A stretch of 64,000 nt of DNA, taken from positions 1,244 through 65,243 of the forward strand of contig JAFSDV010000005.1 of assembly GCA_017436035.1 (NCBI GenBank). The letters are read 5' to 3'. The position numbers and the translations under genes were made by a program. Source of the stretch: Oscillospiraceae bacterium (lineage in GTDB: Bacteria; Bacillota; Clostridia; Oscillospirales; Oscillospiraceae). The notes beneath the pieces were generated by a model, which saw only the letters and a list, made by a program, of their open reading frames with translations, ran no database searches and had not been told where the DNA came from. How positions within the stretch are numbered: the first letter of the stretch is position 1; the number at the start of each line of letters is the position of its first letter. This document shows, one piece after another, positions 39,360 through 48,737 of this stretch.

Positions 39360-41444
39360 ATGATGTTGGAACTTTTAGCACCGGCAGGGTCTATGGAGGC
39401 TCTGCGGGCGGCGGTACAGAACGGTGCCAACGCGGTCTATTTAGGCTGCGGGCAGTTCAATGCGCGGCAAAGCGCGAAAAACTTTACACCGCAAGCACTG
39501 ACGGAAGCAGTAAAATACTGCCATATTCGGGGCGTGCAGGTCTATTTGACCCTGAATACGCTGGTTTCCGATAAGGAAACACCGGATGCCGCTGCTTTGA
39601 TTCGCCACGCCGCCATCAGTGGGGTGGATGCTTTTATTGTGCAGGATCTGGGCGTGATTAGTCTGTGCAGGCAGATCGCGCCGGATATTCCTGTCCATGG
39701 TTCTACTCAAATGTCTATCCACAGCCTGCCCGGGGTGCTGTTATGCGCTGCCTGGGGTATGAGCCGGGTGGTGCTCAGCCGGGAGCTGAGCCGGGATGAG
39801 ATCCGCTATATTACTCAAAATTCTCCCATTGAGATCGAGGTGTTTGTGCATGGCGCGCTGTGTATGGGCTATTCCGGACAGTGTTATCTGTCTGCGGCGA
39901 TCGGTGGTCGTTCCGGAAACCGGGGACGCTGCGCCCAGCCCTGCCGTCAGAGCTATGGCTATGGCCGGTGGCAGAACACACACCCGCTGAGTCTGAAGGA
40001 TAACTGTCTGGTGCACAATATCAAAGAGCTGGAGCAGATGGGCGTGAAGTCCCTGAAGCTGGAGGGCCGGATGAAGCGGCCGGAATATGTGGCGGCAGTT
40101 ACAGGCGTATACCGTCAGGCGATGGATACCCAGCGTGTGACCCCCCAGATGATGGACGCACTGCATGCTGCTTTTAACCGGCAGGGCTTTACAGACGGTT
40201 ATTATTACGGAAAGACCGGCAGGCAGATGTTTGGAATCCGGGACGAACGGGGTGAGGACCAGAGCTGGCTGCGGCAGATCCGTCAGAGCTATGAAACGGC
40301 AGAAAACAGCCTGGTACCGGTCCGTTTCCACTGCGTTGTACGCCCGGACAAAACGGTCCTTTCCGTAACAGATCCCGACGGACGGGTCTGCACGCTGGAA
40401 GGACCGAAGCCGGAGTCTGCCCGGGTGATGGAACTGACGGAGGAGGCACTGTCCTCACGGCTGAACAAGACCGGCGGAACGCCCTACCGTTGCGTGGAGG
40501 TCCGGGCGGATATTACACCGGGCTATACCCTTTCCGCGGCGGCGATCAATGCCCTGCGGCGGGATGCTTTGAATTTACTGACTGCTCAGCGTGCCCGCCG
40601 GGAAGCGCCAAAGCTGAACCGTCCTAAGAAAGCACCTGTTTTCCCCGGAAACCGAAAGCATCCGGTACTCACCGTTCAGGTGACAACCCGGGAACAGATC
40701 ACCGAGGGACTTTTGAGAAAAGCACCTGCTGTTTTATATGTCCCCCTGCATTTACTGGCGGCAGATCCGGATCTGTGCCGGAATCTCACCCGGCGGGTAA
40801 AGGTATGCGCGGTGCTGCCCCGGATCGTACACGATACAGAGCTGTCGGCACTGTGCCGGAATATGAAAACGGTGCGGGCCTTTGGTGTTGAAGAGGCACT
40901 GGTGAGCAATTTGGGTCAGATCCTTCCGGTCCGGGATTGCGGACTTGTGCCCAGAGGAGACTTTGGACTGAATCTTTACAGCTCCGCGGCGGTGAATACA
41001 GCCCGGGAGCTGGAGCTGAGCTCTGCCTGTCTGAGCTTTGAAATGACCTTGCCCCAGATCCGGGATGTGAGCAAGGCTGTTCCCTGTGAGATCCTGAGCT
41101 ACGGACGACTGCCCCTGATGGTCACGGAAAACTGCCTGATCAAAGGACGCAGCGGTCAATGCACCTGCCATCTGTCAACGGCAAAGCTGGTGGACAAGAC
41201 CGGTGCGGAATTTCCTGTGATCAAGGACGGGGATTCCTGCCGCAGTGTGCTTCTGAACGGCAAAAAGCTGAATTGGCTGGACCGGCAGGACGATCTGTCC
41301 CGGCTGGGCCTGTGGGCAACCCGGTTGTATTTCACAACGGAAAATCCAAAGGAAGTAGAGCAGGTACTCTCCTGCGTGGACAATCCCGAGCCCTTTGAGC
41401 CGGGCGCGTTCACGAGAGGTCTGTATTTACGGGGACTGGACTAA
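39360..41444 (+). CDS. U32-family protein with DUF3656 (RlhA-like RNA hydroxylase)
   Basis: ELLAPAGS, HGALCMGYSGQC...GNRGRCAQPCR Fe-S motif and SLKLEGRMK. Confidence 0.9.
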   Translation: MMLELLAPAGSMEALRAAVQNGANAVYLGCGQFNARQSAKNFTPQALTEAVKYCHIRGVQVYLTLNTLVSDKETPDAAALIRHAAISGVDAFIVQDLGVISLCRQIAPDIPVHGSTQMSIHSLPGVLLCAAWGMSRVVLSRELSRDEIRYITQNSPIEIEVFVHGALCMGYSGQCYLSAAIGGRSGNRGRCAQPCRQSYGYGRWQNTHPLSLKDNCLVHNIKELEQMGVKSLKLEGRMKRPEYVAAVTGVYRQAMDTQRVTPQMMDALHAAFNRQGFTDGYYYGKTGRQMFGIRDERGEDQSWLRQIRQSYETAENSLVPVRFHCVVRPDKTVLSVTDPDGRVCTLEGPKPESARVMELTEEALSSRLNKTGGTPYRCVEVRADITPGYTLSAAAINALRRDALNLLTAQRARREAPKLNRPKKAPVFPGNRKHPVLTVQVTTREQITEGLLRKAPAVLYVPLHLLAADPDLCRNLTRRVKVCAVLPRIVHDTELSALCRNMKTVRAFGVEEALVSNLGQILPVRDCGLVPRGDFGLNLYSSAAVNTARELELSSACLSFEMTLPQIRDVSKAVPCEILSYGRLPLMVTENCLIKGRSGQCTCHLSTAKLVDKTGAEFPVIKDGDSCRSVLLNGKKLNWLDRQDDLSRLGLWATRLYFTTENPKEVEQVLSCVDNPEPFEPGAFTRGLYLRGLD

Positions 41445-41486
41445 AATTGCGGGGCTGCCCTGCCGAATTTTGAAAAGAGGAAACCT

Positions 41487-42062
41487 ATGCAGTATATACT
41501 GGCATCTCAGTCGCCCCGGCGAAAAGAGCTGATGGGGCTGTTTCATATACCGTTTATCGTTCGCACCGCGGATATTGACGAAACCATGGACCCCGGGAAA
41601 GCACCCTTTGATGAGGTGGCGCGGGTGTCTCTTGCAAAGGCGGAGGCAGTGGAGCGGCAGCCGGAGGATGTGGTGATCGCGGCAGATACGGTCGTGGTGT
41701 GCGACGGTCAGGTGCTGGGAAAGCCTGTAGATGAGCAGGACGCCTTTCGGATGCTGAGCCTGCTGTCCGGTCGGGAGCATCAGGTGATGACCGGGCTGAC
41801 GGTTTTGCGGGGTGATCAGCGGGTGGTTTGCACCGAGGTGACCCGGCTCCGTTTCCGCACCCTGACGCCCCGGGAGATCTGGCAGTATATCCGTACCGGA
41901 GAGCCGATGGATAAGGCGGGCAGCTATGGAATACAGGGCGGCGGTGCACTGTTTGCGGAAGCAATAGCGGGAGATTACTACAATGTAGTAGGGCTTCCGG
42001 TGTGCCGGCTGGGTCAAATTTTAAGGACTGTTGCTCCTGAATGGATGGAGGAAGAGAAATGA
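41487..42062 (+). CDS. maf: Maf nucleoside triphosphate pyrophosphatase
   Basis: ILASQSPRRKEL, IAADTVV, LGKP and DKAGSYGIQG. Confidence 0.96.
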   Translation: MQYILASQSPRRKELMGLFHIPFIVRTADIDETMDPGKAPFDEVARVSLAKAEAVERQPEDVVIAADTVVVCDGQVLGKPVDEQDAFRMLSLLSGREHQVMTGLTVLRGDQRVVCTEVTRLRFRTLTPREIWQYIRTGEPMDKAGSYGIQGGGALFAEAIAGDYYNVVGLPVCRLGQILRTVAPEWMEEEK

Positions 42063-42889
42063 AGCATTTTTTTACAAGCCGGGTCAAGACCGTGTTGGTG
42101 GCGGCATTGCTGCTGGCGGTGGTGCTGACGGTTGTCAGCAGTCTGACCGGCATGCAGCTGCCGGATCTGTTTGTTAAGGGCATCCTGTCTCCCATCCGAT
42201 CCGGTGTGAGCCAGCTTACGGACCGGGCAGAGCAGCTGTATAATTATATGTTTGAATATGAAACACTGCTGTCAGAAAATCAGAAGCTGAAGGAGCAGCT
42301 GGCGCAGATCGAGGATGAAGCCCGTCAGGCAGATTCCATTGCCCGGGAGAATGAACGGCTGCGGGCGATGCTGAAGCTGTTGGAGACAAACGAGGACTAC
42401 AAGCTGGTTGACGGATATATCATTTCCCGAAGCTCCGTGGACTGGACCAGTACCTTTACCGTCAACCGGGGAACCAACGCAGGTATCCGGGCGGGTATGT
42501 GCGCCATTACCGCCAACGGCGAGCTGGTTGGCTTGGTCAGTGAGGCGGGAAGCAACTACGCGGTGATCAAAACCGTGCTGGACTCCTCCCTGGAGATCAG
42601 CGCAACCATTTCCTCCTCCGGCTGTAACGGTATGGTGCAGGGCGGCTATTCCACCGGTCTGGACGGCTTGCTGCGGATGGACTATCTGCCCAGCTCCGCG
42701 GTGATCCGCAACCACGATCAGGTGGTAACAACCGGCTCTACAGTCTATCCCCGGAATCTGATTTTGGGCAGAGTTGTAGACGCGGGCTTTGATGATACCG
42801 GTGTGGCGAAGTTTGCGCTTTTGGAGCCTGCAGCGGATTTTGGAACGCTGGAGCAGGTGTTTATTATTACCGAGTATAATGTGGGGTGA
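42059..42889 (+). CDS. mreC: Rod shape-determining protein MreC
   Basis: TM helix, coiled coil (ENQKLKEQL, ENERLR), beta domain (LVGLV, VVTTG, PAADF). Confidence 0.9.
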   Translation: MKHFFTSRVKTVLVAALLLAVVLTVVSSLTGMQLPDLFVKGILSPIRSGVSQLTDRAEQLYNYMFEYETLLSENQKLKEQLAQIEDEARQADSIARENERLRAMLKLLETNEDYKLVDGYIISRSSVDWTSTFTVNRGTNAGIRAGMCAITANGELVGLVSEAGSNYAVIKTVLDSSLEISATISSSGCNGMVQGGYSTGLDGLLRMDYLPSSAVIRNHDQVVTTGSTVYPRNLILGRVVDAGFDDTGVAKFALLEPAADFGTLEQVFIITEYNVG

Positions 42890-42894
42890 GCCGA

Positions 42895-43473
42895 ATGGCA
42901 AAAAAGAGTGAATTTCGGCCCGATAAGCCCCGGGGCGGAATCCTCAGCAAGCTGTATCTGACAAAAAAACAGCGCAGATCCCTGCTGAAGTGGTGTCTGT
43001 ACGGTCTTGTGCTGTTGGTGCTCAGCGTGCTGCAGGATGTGATCCTCAGCCGGGTGCGGCTGTACGGCGCAAGCACCGAGCTTGTGCCCTGCGGTATTTT
43101 TCTGATCTGCATTCTGGAGGGGACCCATACAGGAAGCGTTTTCGCGCTGGCGGCTTCGTTGGCATATTTGTTTTCAGGTACAGCACCGGGCACTTACGCA
43201 ATGGTGCTGATCGTGGTGCTGGCGATTTTTGTGTGTATCCTTCGGCAGGCGTACCTGCAAAACGGCTTTGGAACAGCTATGCTCTGCACCGCTGCGGCTA
43301 TGCTGGTCTATGAGCTGAGTGTTTTCGCCATCGGTCTGTTTTTGAGACTGACGGTGTTCAGTCGGATCAGCGGCTTTTTGATCACGGCAGCGTTGTCGCT
43401 GCTTGCCGCACCCATCCTGTATTTCATTATTTTGTCCATCAGCAAAGTGGGAGGTGGAGCATGGAACGAATAA
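42895..43473 (+). CDS. mreD: Rod shape-determining protein MreD
   Basis: Hydrophobic multi-TM protein between mreC and PBP2. Confidence 0.7.
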   Translation: MAKKSEFRPDKPRGGILSKLYLTKKQRRSLLKWCLYGLVLLVLSVLQDVILSRVRLYGASTELVPCGIFLICILEGTHTGSVFALAASLAYLFSGTAPGTYAMVLIVVLAIFVCILRQAYLQNGFGTAMLCTAAAMLVYELSVFAIGLFLRLTVFSRISGFLITAALSLLAAPILYFIILSISKVGGGAWNE

Positions 43474-45527
43474 CCCGTCTGCGGGCGCGGATTTTGTTGG
43501 TTGTTTTTGCGGTGGTGCTGGGTTTTTTTGCTTTTAAGCTGTACGACCTGCAGATTATTCAGACCGGCGGAAATACGGACAATACCTCCACCTTTATAAC
43601 CCGTACCCGTGTAAAGGCTGCCCGTGGAGAGATTTTGGATAAAAACGGAAACGTACTGGTAAGCAACCGGCCCAGTTATGATCTGGTGATCAACCACTAC
43701 GTGCTGATCTCTGCGGAGGGCACAAACAATTATTTGTATCAGCTGGCGAAACGGGCGCAGGAGCAGGACATCACCTATACAGACCGGTTTCCCATTTCCA
43801 AGGAACGGCCCTTTGTGTATACCCTCAGCGAGTATAACGCTTCGTGGCAGAGCTATTTTCAGACCTACTTGAATTACAAGGGCGGACTGGATTCGGACAT
43901 TACTGCCCCGCTGCTGATCGAGAAGCTCCGGGAAAAGTATAAGATTCCCGCAGAGTGGACAGATGAGGAGGCGCGGCTGGTCATCGGTCTGCGCTATGAG
44001 CTGGATCTGCGCCAGTGCGTTGGTGTGCTGGCAAACTATGTGTTTTTGACTGATGCCAGTGATGCGGAGCTTTCTGCGATCATTGAGCTGAATACTCCCG
44101 GTATGAATGTAGAGGCATCCAGTGTCCGGGAATACAATACCCCCTATGCGGCCCATATTCTGGGACACGTAGGTGCGATGAGTCCGGAGCAGTGGGAGTA
44201 TTATAAGAATGTTGAAGGCTATGAGATGGATGCGGAGGTCGGTCAGGACGGTCTGGAGGAAGCCTATGAGGAATATCTTCATGGCGTAGACGGTCTGCGG
44301 GAGGATAAGGTAGCTACCGACGGAACGCTGATTTCTTCCCGCTATATTATCGAGCCGAAGGCCGGTGCCAACGTGGAGGTCTCCGTAGATATCAATTTGC
44401 AGCGGGCAGGAGAAGAGGCACTGGCAAAGGTGATCGAGACCCTGCGCGCAGGACAAGGCGACGGCTCTGATGCTGCCGGCGGCGCGGTTGTAGCGACTGA
44501 CGTAAAGACCGGACAGGTATTGGTCTGCGGCAGCTATCCCACCTATGACCTGTCCACCTTCTTTGAGGATTATCCGGAGCTTTCTCAGGATGTATACAGC
44601 CCCCTGTATAACCGGGCACTGTTGGGTCTGTATCCCCCCGGATCTACCTATAAAATGTCTATGGTGGTGGCAGGTATCGATTCCGGTAAGGTGGACGCGG
44701 ATACGCTGATCACGGATCAGGGCAAATTTACCAAGTACAAGGGCTTCTCCGCATCCTGTCTGCACTATACCCTGACAGGCGGAACGCACGGCGCGATCAA
44801 CGCGGCTGTGGCGCTGCAGAAATCCTGCAACTATTACTTCTACGACCTGGGCGACAGAATTTCCCTGGAGGCTATGGACAACACAGCGAAGCTGCTGGGT
44901 CTGGGCGAAGCTACCGGCGTGGAGCTGACAGAGTATTTGGGACATCGGGCAAACGCCGAGACAAAGCAGCAGCTGTATACCGGAGACGGAACCGGCTGGT
45001 ATAAAGCGGACCAGATCCTTGCGTCCATCGGTCAGTCTGACAATCTGTTTACGCCCATGCAGCTTTGCGTTTATGCCGCTACACTGGCAAATCAGGGAAG
45101 CCGCTATAAGGCGACCTTTATGAACCGGGTGGTGTCTTCGGACTACCGGAGTCTGCTGCTGAAAAACGACCCCACGCTGGTGTCCAAGCTGAATATTTCC
45201 CATGAGGCATACAACGCGGTGAAGGAAGGTATGTATATGGTCGCTCATGTGCCGGGCGGCACAGCGTACAGCACCTTTGCCGGCTACCCCATTCAGGTGG
45301 CCGCCAAGACCGGTACTGCCCAGCACGGCAATAACGAGCTGGATTCGGACAACGCGTCCTTTGTTTGCTATGCACCCATTGACGATCCCCAAATCGCCAT
45401 TTCCGTATATGTGGAAAAAGGCGGACACGGTTATACTCTTGCGCAGATCGCCAAGGCGATCCTGGATGTGTACTTTGAGGTGGGAGAAGTGGGCGATGTA
45501 GATACCTTTGAAAATCAGCTGAGTTAA
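43461..45527 (+). CDS. mrdA: Class B penicillin-binding protein (PBP2)
   Basis: ARGEILDKNG, SxxK (GSTYK), SxN (SCN) and KTG motifs; follows mreCD. Confidence 0.88.
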   Translation: MERITRLRARILLVVFAVVLGFFAFKLYDLQIIQTGGNTDNTSTFITRTRVKAARGEILDKNGNVLVSNRPSYDLVINHYVLISAEGTNNYLYQLAKRAQEQDITYTDRFPISKERPFVYTLSEYNASWQSYFQTYLNYKGGLDSDITAPLLIEKLREKYKIPAEWTDEEARLVIGLRYELDLRQCVGVLANYVFLTDASDAELSAIIELNTPGMNVEASSVREYNTPYAAHILGHVGAMSPEQWEYYKNVEGYEMDAEVGQDGLEEAYEEYLHGVDGLREDKVATDGTLISSRYIIEPKAGANVEVSVDINLQRAGEEALAKVIETLRAGQGDGSDAAGGAVVATDVKTGQVLVCGSYPTYDLSTFFEDYPELSQDVYSPLYNRALLGLYPPGSTYKMSMVVAGIDSGKVDADTLITDQGKFTKYKGFSASCLHYTLTGGTHGAINAAVALQKSCNYYFYDLGDRISLEAMDNTAKLLGLGEATGVELTEYLGHRANAETKQQLYTGDGTGWYKADQILASIGQSDNLFTPMQLCVYAATLANQGSRYKATFMNRVVSSDYRSLLLKNDPTLVSKLNISHEAYNAVKEGMYMVAHVPGGTAYSTFAGYPIQVAAKTGTAQHGNNELDSDNASFVCYAPIDDPQIAISVYVEKGGHGYTLAQIAKAILDVYFEVGEVGDVDTFENQLS

Positions 45528-45534
45528 ATACAAT

Positions 45535-45572
45535 AAAACAACGAAAGAAACCGAGGTTTCTTTCGTTGTTTT
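45535..45572 (+). terminator. Terminator after PBP2
   Basis: aaaacaacgaaagaaacc-ga-ggtttctttcgttgtttt. Confidence 0.85.
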
Positions 45573-45668
45573 CCTGTAACTGGAAATTTTTTCTTTGCAT
45601 TTGGTTATATTAGTGGTATACTTATAGTGTAATTTGCGCGTTATAAGGCTTTGCAAGGAGAAAAAACG

Positions 45669-46646
45669 ATGAAAGACGAAAAGAAAACCAGGCTTTTGCT
45701 GCTTGCAGCAGGACTGCTGTTTCTTTGTCTGGTATTGGCAGTAAGCCTTGCGTTCTGTGCCGGAGGGAATAAACCCAGGATCGGCATTTGCTTGCGCCAA
45801 AACCAGGAACAAAGTGAATATACCAGCCTGCTGAAGGAGCAGCTGCAGGAGGCGGGATATCGGGTCAGCACAGTCAGCGCTGAAAACGATCAGAGCCGCC
45901 AGACAGAGCAGATCGGAGAATTGATTGAAAAGGAATACGACCTGCTGGTGATCGAACCGGTGATGGTCGGCGTCAGCGGTGAGCTTGCCCAGCAGCTGCA
46001 GCAGGCACAGATTCCCGCGATATTTATCAATTATAAACCGGATGAAGCCGCGCTGGAGCTGTGGGACCGACTGAGCTATGTTGGCTGTCAAGAGGAGCTG
46101 CACGGGGTTTTTCAGGGCGAGCTGGTTCTTGAAACAGCAAAAAAAGGCGACTTAAATGGTGACGGCACTGTATCCTGCCTGATCATTACCGGACCGGAGG
46201 ATGACCGCCGGGCGCAGCTGCAAGCCCAAGGATGTATACAGGCGCTGACAGATGGGAACATGAACCCGGATCCGGTGGCGACCTTGTGGGGAGCATGGAG
46301 CTTGGAGAGCGGCAGAAAGCTCTGCGCCGATGCGTTGTCCCAGTACGGAAAGGATATCGAAGTGATCTTCTGCGGAAACGACACGATTGCCCAGGGTGCA
46401 GCGGAGGCGATCGGTGCCGGTGGCTGGAATGTGGGAAAGGATCTTCTTGTGGTAGGACTGGGCGGCACAGAGGAAGTACAGGAGCTGGTCGCAGCAGGGC
46501 AGCTTACAGGAACTGTAGCGCAGGATATTCAGGGACAGTGCCGGCAGGTGTTGGCGGTGGCTGAAAGGCTCTTAGCCGGTGAAGAGGCAGAAAATGAATA
46601 TTATGTAAACTGCAAACCGGTTGCTGCGGATGTAGCGACTCCGTAA
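45669..46646 (+). CDS. Orphan sugar ABC substrate-binding protein (MglB/RbsB-like)
   Basis: Q.EQI..LI, DLNGDG Ca-binding loop, IFCGNDTIAQGA and LTGTVAQD; no adjacent permease or ATPase. Confidence 0.8.
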   Translation: MKDEKKTRLLLLAAGLLFLCLVLAVSLAFCAGGNKPRIGICLRQNQEQSEYTSLLKEQLQEAGYRVSTVSAENDQSRQTEQIGELIEKEYDLLVIEPVMVGVSGELAQQLQQAQIPAIFINYKPDEAALELWDRLSYVGCQEELHGVFQGELVLETAKKGDLNGDGTVSCLIITGPEDDRRAQLQAQGCIQALTDGNMNPDPVATLWGAWSLESGRKLCADALSQYGKDIEVIFCGNDTIAQGAAEAIGAGGWNVGKDLLVVGLGGTEEVQELVAAGQLTGTVAQDIQGQCRQVLAVAERLLAGEEAENEYYVNCKPVAADVATP

Positions 46647-46693
46647 CTGTGCAAAAAACGTAGAAATCAGGATCAAACCAATTAATATACAAC

Positions 46694-46782
46694 GCAGGGG
46701 CGACCATTCGGTCGCCCCTTACTGCGTTTATGGAATGTGTGACCGTAATGCGACGGAGTTGGTATAAGGAGGAGATTTGACT
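46694..46782 (+). repeat. Direct repeat copy 1 (REP-like head)
   Basis: gcaggggcg...ctgcgtttatggaatgtgtgaccgt...tataaggaggagatttgact. Confidence 0.8.
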
Positions 46783-47077
46783 AAAAAGCCTGCGTTTTTA
46801 TGGTGCGCTGCACAAAAGCAACGCACCATTTATTCGCGCAAAGAAGACCTATTAGAAATATAAGACAGATAAAGTTTTTTGTGACAATACACAAAAATAA
46901 CGAATAAGAATTGTTTAATGTGACAGCTTGAAAAACCATCTAGATCTGTGTATAATTATGTATACAAGGTATGTCAATGAGAATGAAAAAGGCAAGGTGA
47001 TTCCAATGGTTCATATTTGATTCCTAAACGGCATACAGTTTGGGATTAACCGACCAACAATTCTTGTATGTATAGAT

Positions 47078-47272
47078 ATGTTCTCAGGGAGTTTTACAAT
47101 AAATAAACGAATAAAAATTTTATGCTCTTTTATGGTTGTAGCTCAAGATGTCGAATTGACAGCAACGGAAGTTAAGGCGCAAATCCTGAATACAGCAACG
47201 CAGGTTAGTAGTCTTAGCGGTTATTGTGTATCTGGTGGTTACTTAAATGCAGCTGCCGCACTGGGAGGGTGA
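47078..47272 (+). pseudogene. C-terminal remnant of a subtilisin-like (S8) protease
   Basis: LTATEVKAQILNTA..VSSLSGYCVSGGYLNAAAAL resembles subtilase C-termini; no catalytic-domain ORF upstream. Confidence 0.6.
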
Positions 47273-47278
47273 TAAATT

Positions 47279-47776
47279 ATGAAATTTTTGAAGCATTGCA
47301 CGGTTTGGATGCTGCTGGTTTGTGTGCTTTTCTGTTTTGCAGCCTGCAAGGAACAGCAGGAGCAGCGGGATGAGCGAGAGCTTTCCGTATTTGAGCTGAC
47401 ATATTCTCAAGAGCTGCGGGATAAAATTATTGATACCTATGATCAATGGAGAATCGACCAATACGGAGACGACGGTACTAGAAGCTTCCGTTGGGAATTT
47501 AACACAAATGTACCCGGTTCGCTTTCAAACGATTACCGTTACTACGGTACATTTGATGACTGCATCGTGTGGTTCTTAGGCGGTGTGACAGAAGAAATTA
47601 CAGAATTTTACCTAGGTGAAGCGCACTTTTGGCATTCCAGCGGTGCATCGTTTTTTGTTCACAGAGACGGCACGCATATGACCTTGCAGGAGGCCTATGA
47701 GCAGGGTCTGATCTCCGATGGGGATATTGCCATTGTGGCAGAACGCCACAAGGCGTACAATGAATACGGTAAATAA
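47279..47776 (+). CDS. Hypothetical lipoprotein
   Basis: Lipobox FAAC after a hydrophobic signal; GGAGGG RBS; AT-richer than the flanks. Confidence 0.75.
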   Translation: MKFLKHCTVWMLLVCVLFCFAACKEQQEQRDERELSVFELTYSQELRDKIIDTYDQWRIDQYGDDGTRSFRWEFNTNVPGSLSNDYRYYGTFDDCIVWFLGGVTEEITEFYLGEAHFWHSSGASFFVHRDGTHMTLQEAYEQGLISDGDIAIVAERHKAYNEYGK

Positions 47777-47880
47777 TCCTGGAAAACTTCTGAAGCAACC
47801 TAAAAAAGCAACAGGGCGTGCTGTTTGGATAGCAGCGCGCCTTTGCAATGCAGAATGGGAATTTTATATTCATGCTCCTT

Positions 47881-47964
47881 GCAGGGGCGGTGTTGCCTGT
47901 TGCTGCGTTTATGGTATGTGTGACCGTGCAGGCGATGGAGTCATTATAAGGAGAAGATTTGACT
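47881..47964 (+). repeat. Direct repeat copy 2; supplies the -35 box of the trmB promoter
   Basis: gcaggggcg...ctgcgtttatggtatgtgtgaccgt...tataaggagaagatttgact; TTGACT-17-TATAAT. Confidence 0.8.
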
Positions 47965-48035
47965 GTTGGACCGGTTTCTGCTATAATGCTGTTCGGAATG
48001 AACTGCGGGTGCAGGGTTTATTTGGAGGAACGGAT

Positions 48036-48737
48036 ATGAGAATGAGAAGAATGCGCAATTTGGAGCCCCGAATGGAAAAATGCGCCGAATACCGCATTAT
48101 TCAGCCGGAACAGCTGCAGGGAAAATGGCGCAGCTTAAAGCCGGATTGCAGCGCGTTGTGGGTAGAAGTAGGCTGCGGCAAGGGGAAATTCACCGCCGAG
48201 ACAGCCCAGGCCCATCCGGACGTGCTGCTGATCGCCGTGGAACGCTGCCGGGAGGCAATGGTGGTCGCTATGGAAAAGGCGAAAGCCATGGGGCTTACAA
48301 ATGTGTTTTACATCGATATGGATGTGGAAAAAATAGAGGAAATTTTTGCCCCTGAGGAGATCGACCGGCTGTTTATCAACTTTCCAGATCCCTGGCCCCG
48401 GAAGAAAAACGCCAAGCGCAGGCTGACCCATCGGGGCTTTTTGGATAAGTACTGCCGGGTGGTGCGCCGGGGCGGGGAATTTCATTTTAAGACGGACAAC
48501 GCCCCGCTGTTTGAGTTTAGTGTAGAGGAATTTGCCGCCTGCGGTCTGGAAGTGAAGAATCTGACACGGAATCTTCACGAAAACGGCATTGTGGGTATTA
48601 TGACCGGTTACGAGGAAAAATTCCACGCTATGGGAACGCCCATTAACCGCTGCGAGGTGGTCTGCAAGCCCTTTGTGCTGCCTCCTGAGGAGAAAAAGCA
48701 GCAGACAGATTCCACAACAAATGAGGACAATGCATGA
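48036..48737 (+). CDS. trmB: tRNA (guanine-N7)-methyltransferase
   Basis: [26 protein letters not shown] and MTGYEEKF. Confidence 0.96.
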   Translation: MRMRRMRNLEPRMEKCAEYRIIQPEQLQGKWRSLKPDCSALWVEVGCGKGKFTAETAQAHPDVLLIAVERCREAMVVAMEKAKAMGLTNVFYIDMDVEKIEEIFAPEEIDRLFINFPDPWPRKKNAKRRLTHRGFLDKYCRVVRRGGEFHFKTDNAPLFEFSVEEFAACGLEVKNLTRNLHENGIVGIMTGYEEKFHAMGTPINRCEVVCKPFVLPPEEKKQQTDSTTNEDNA

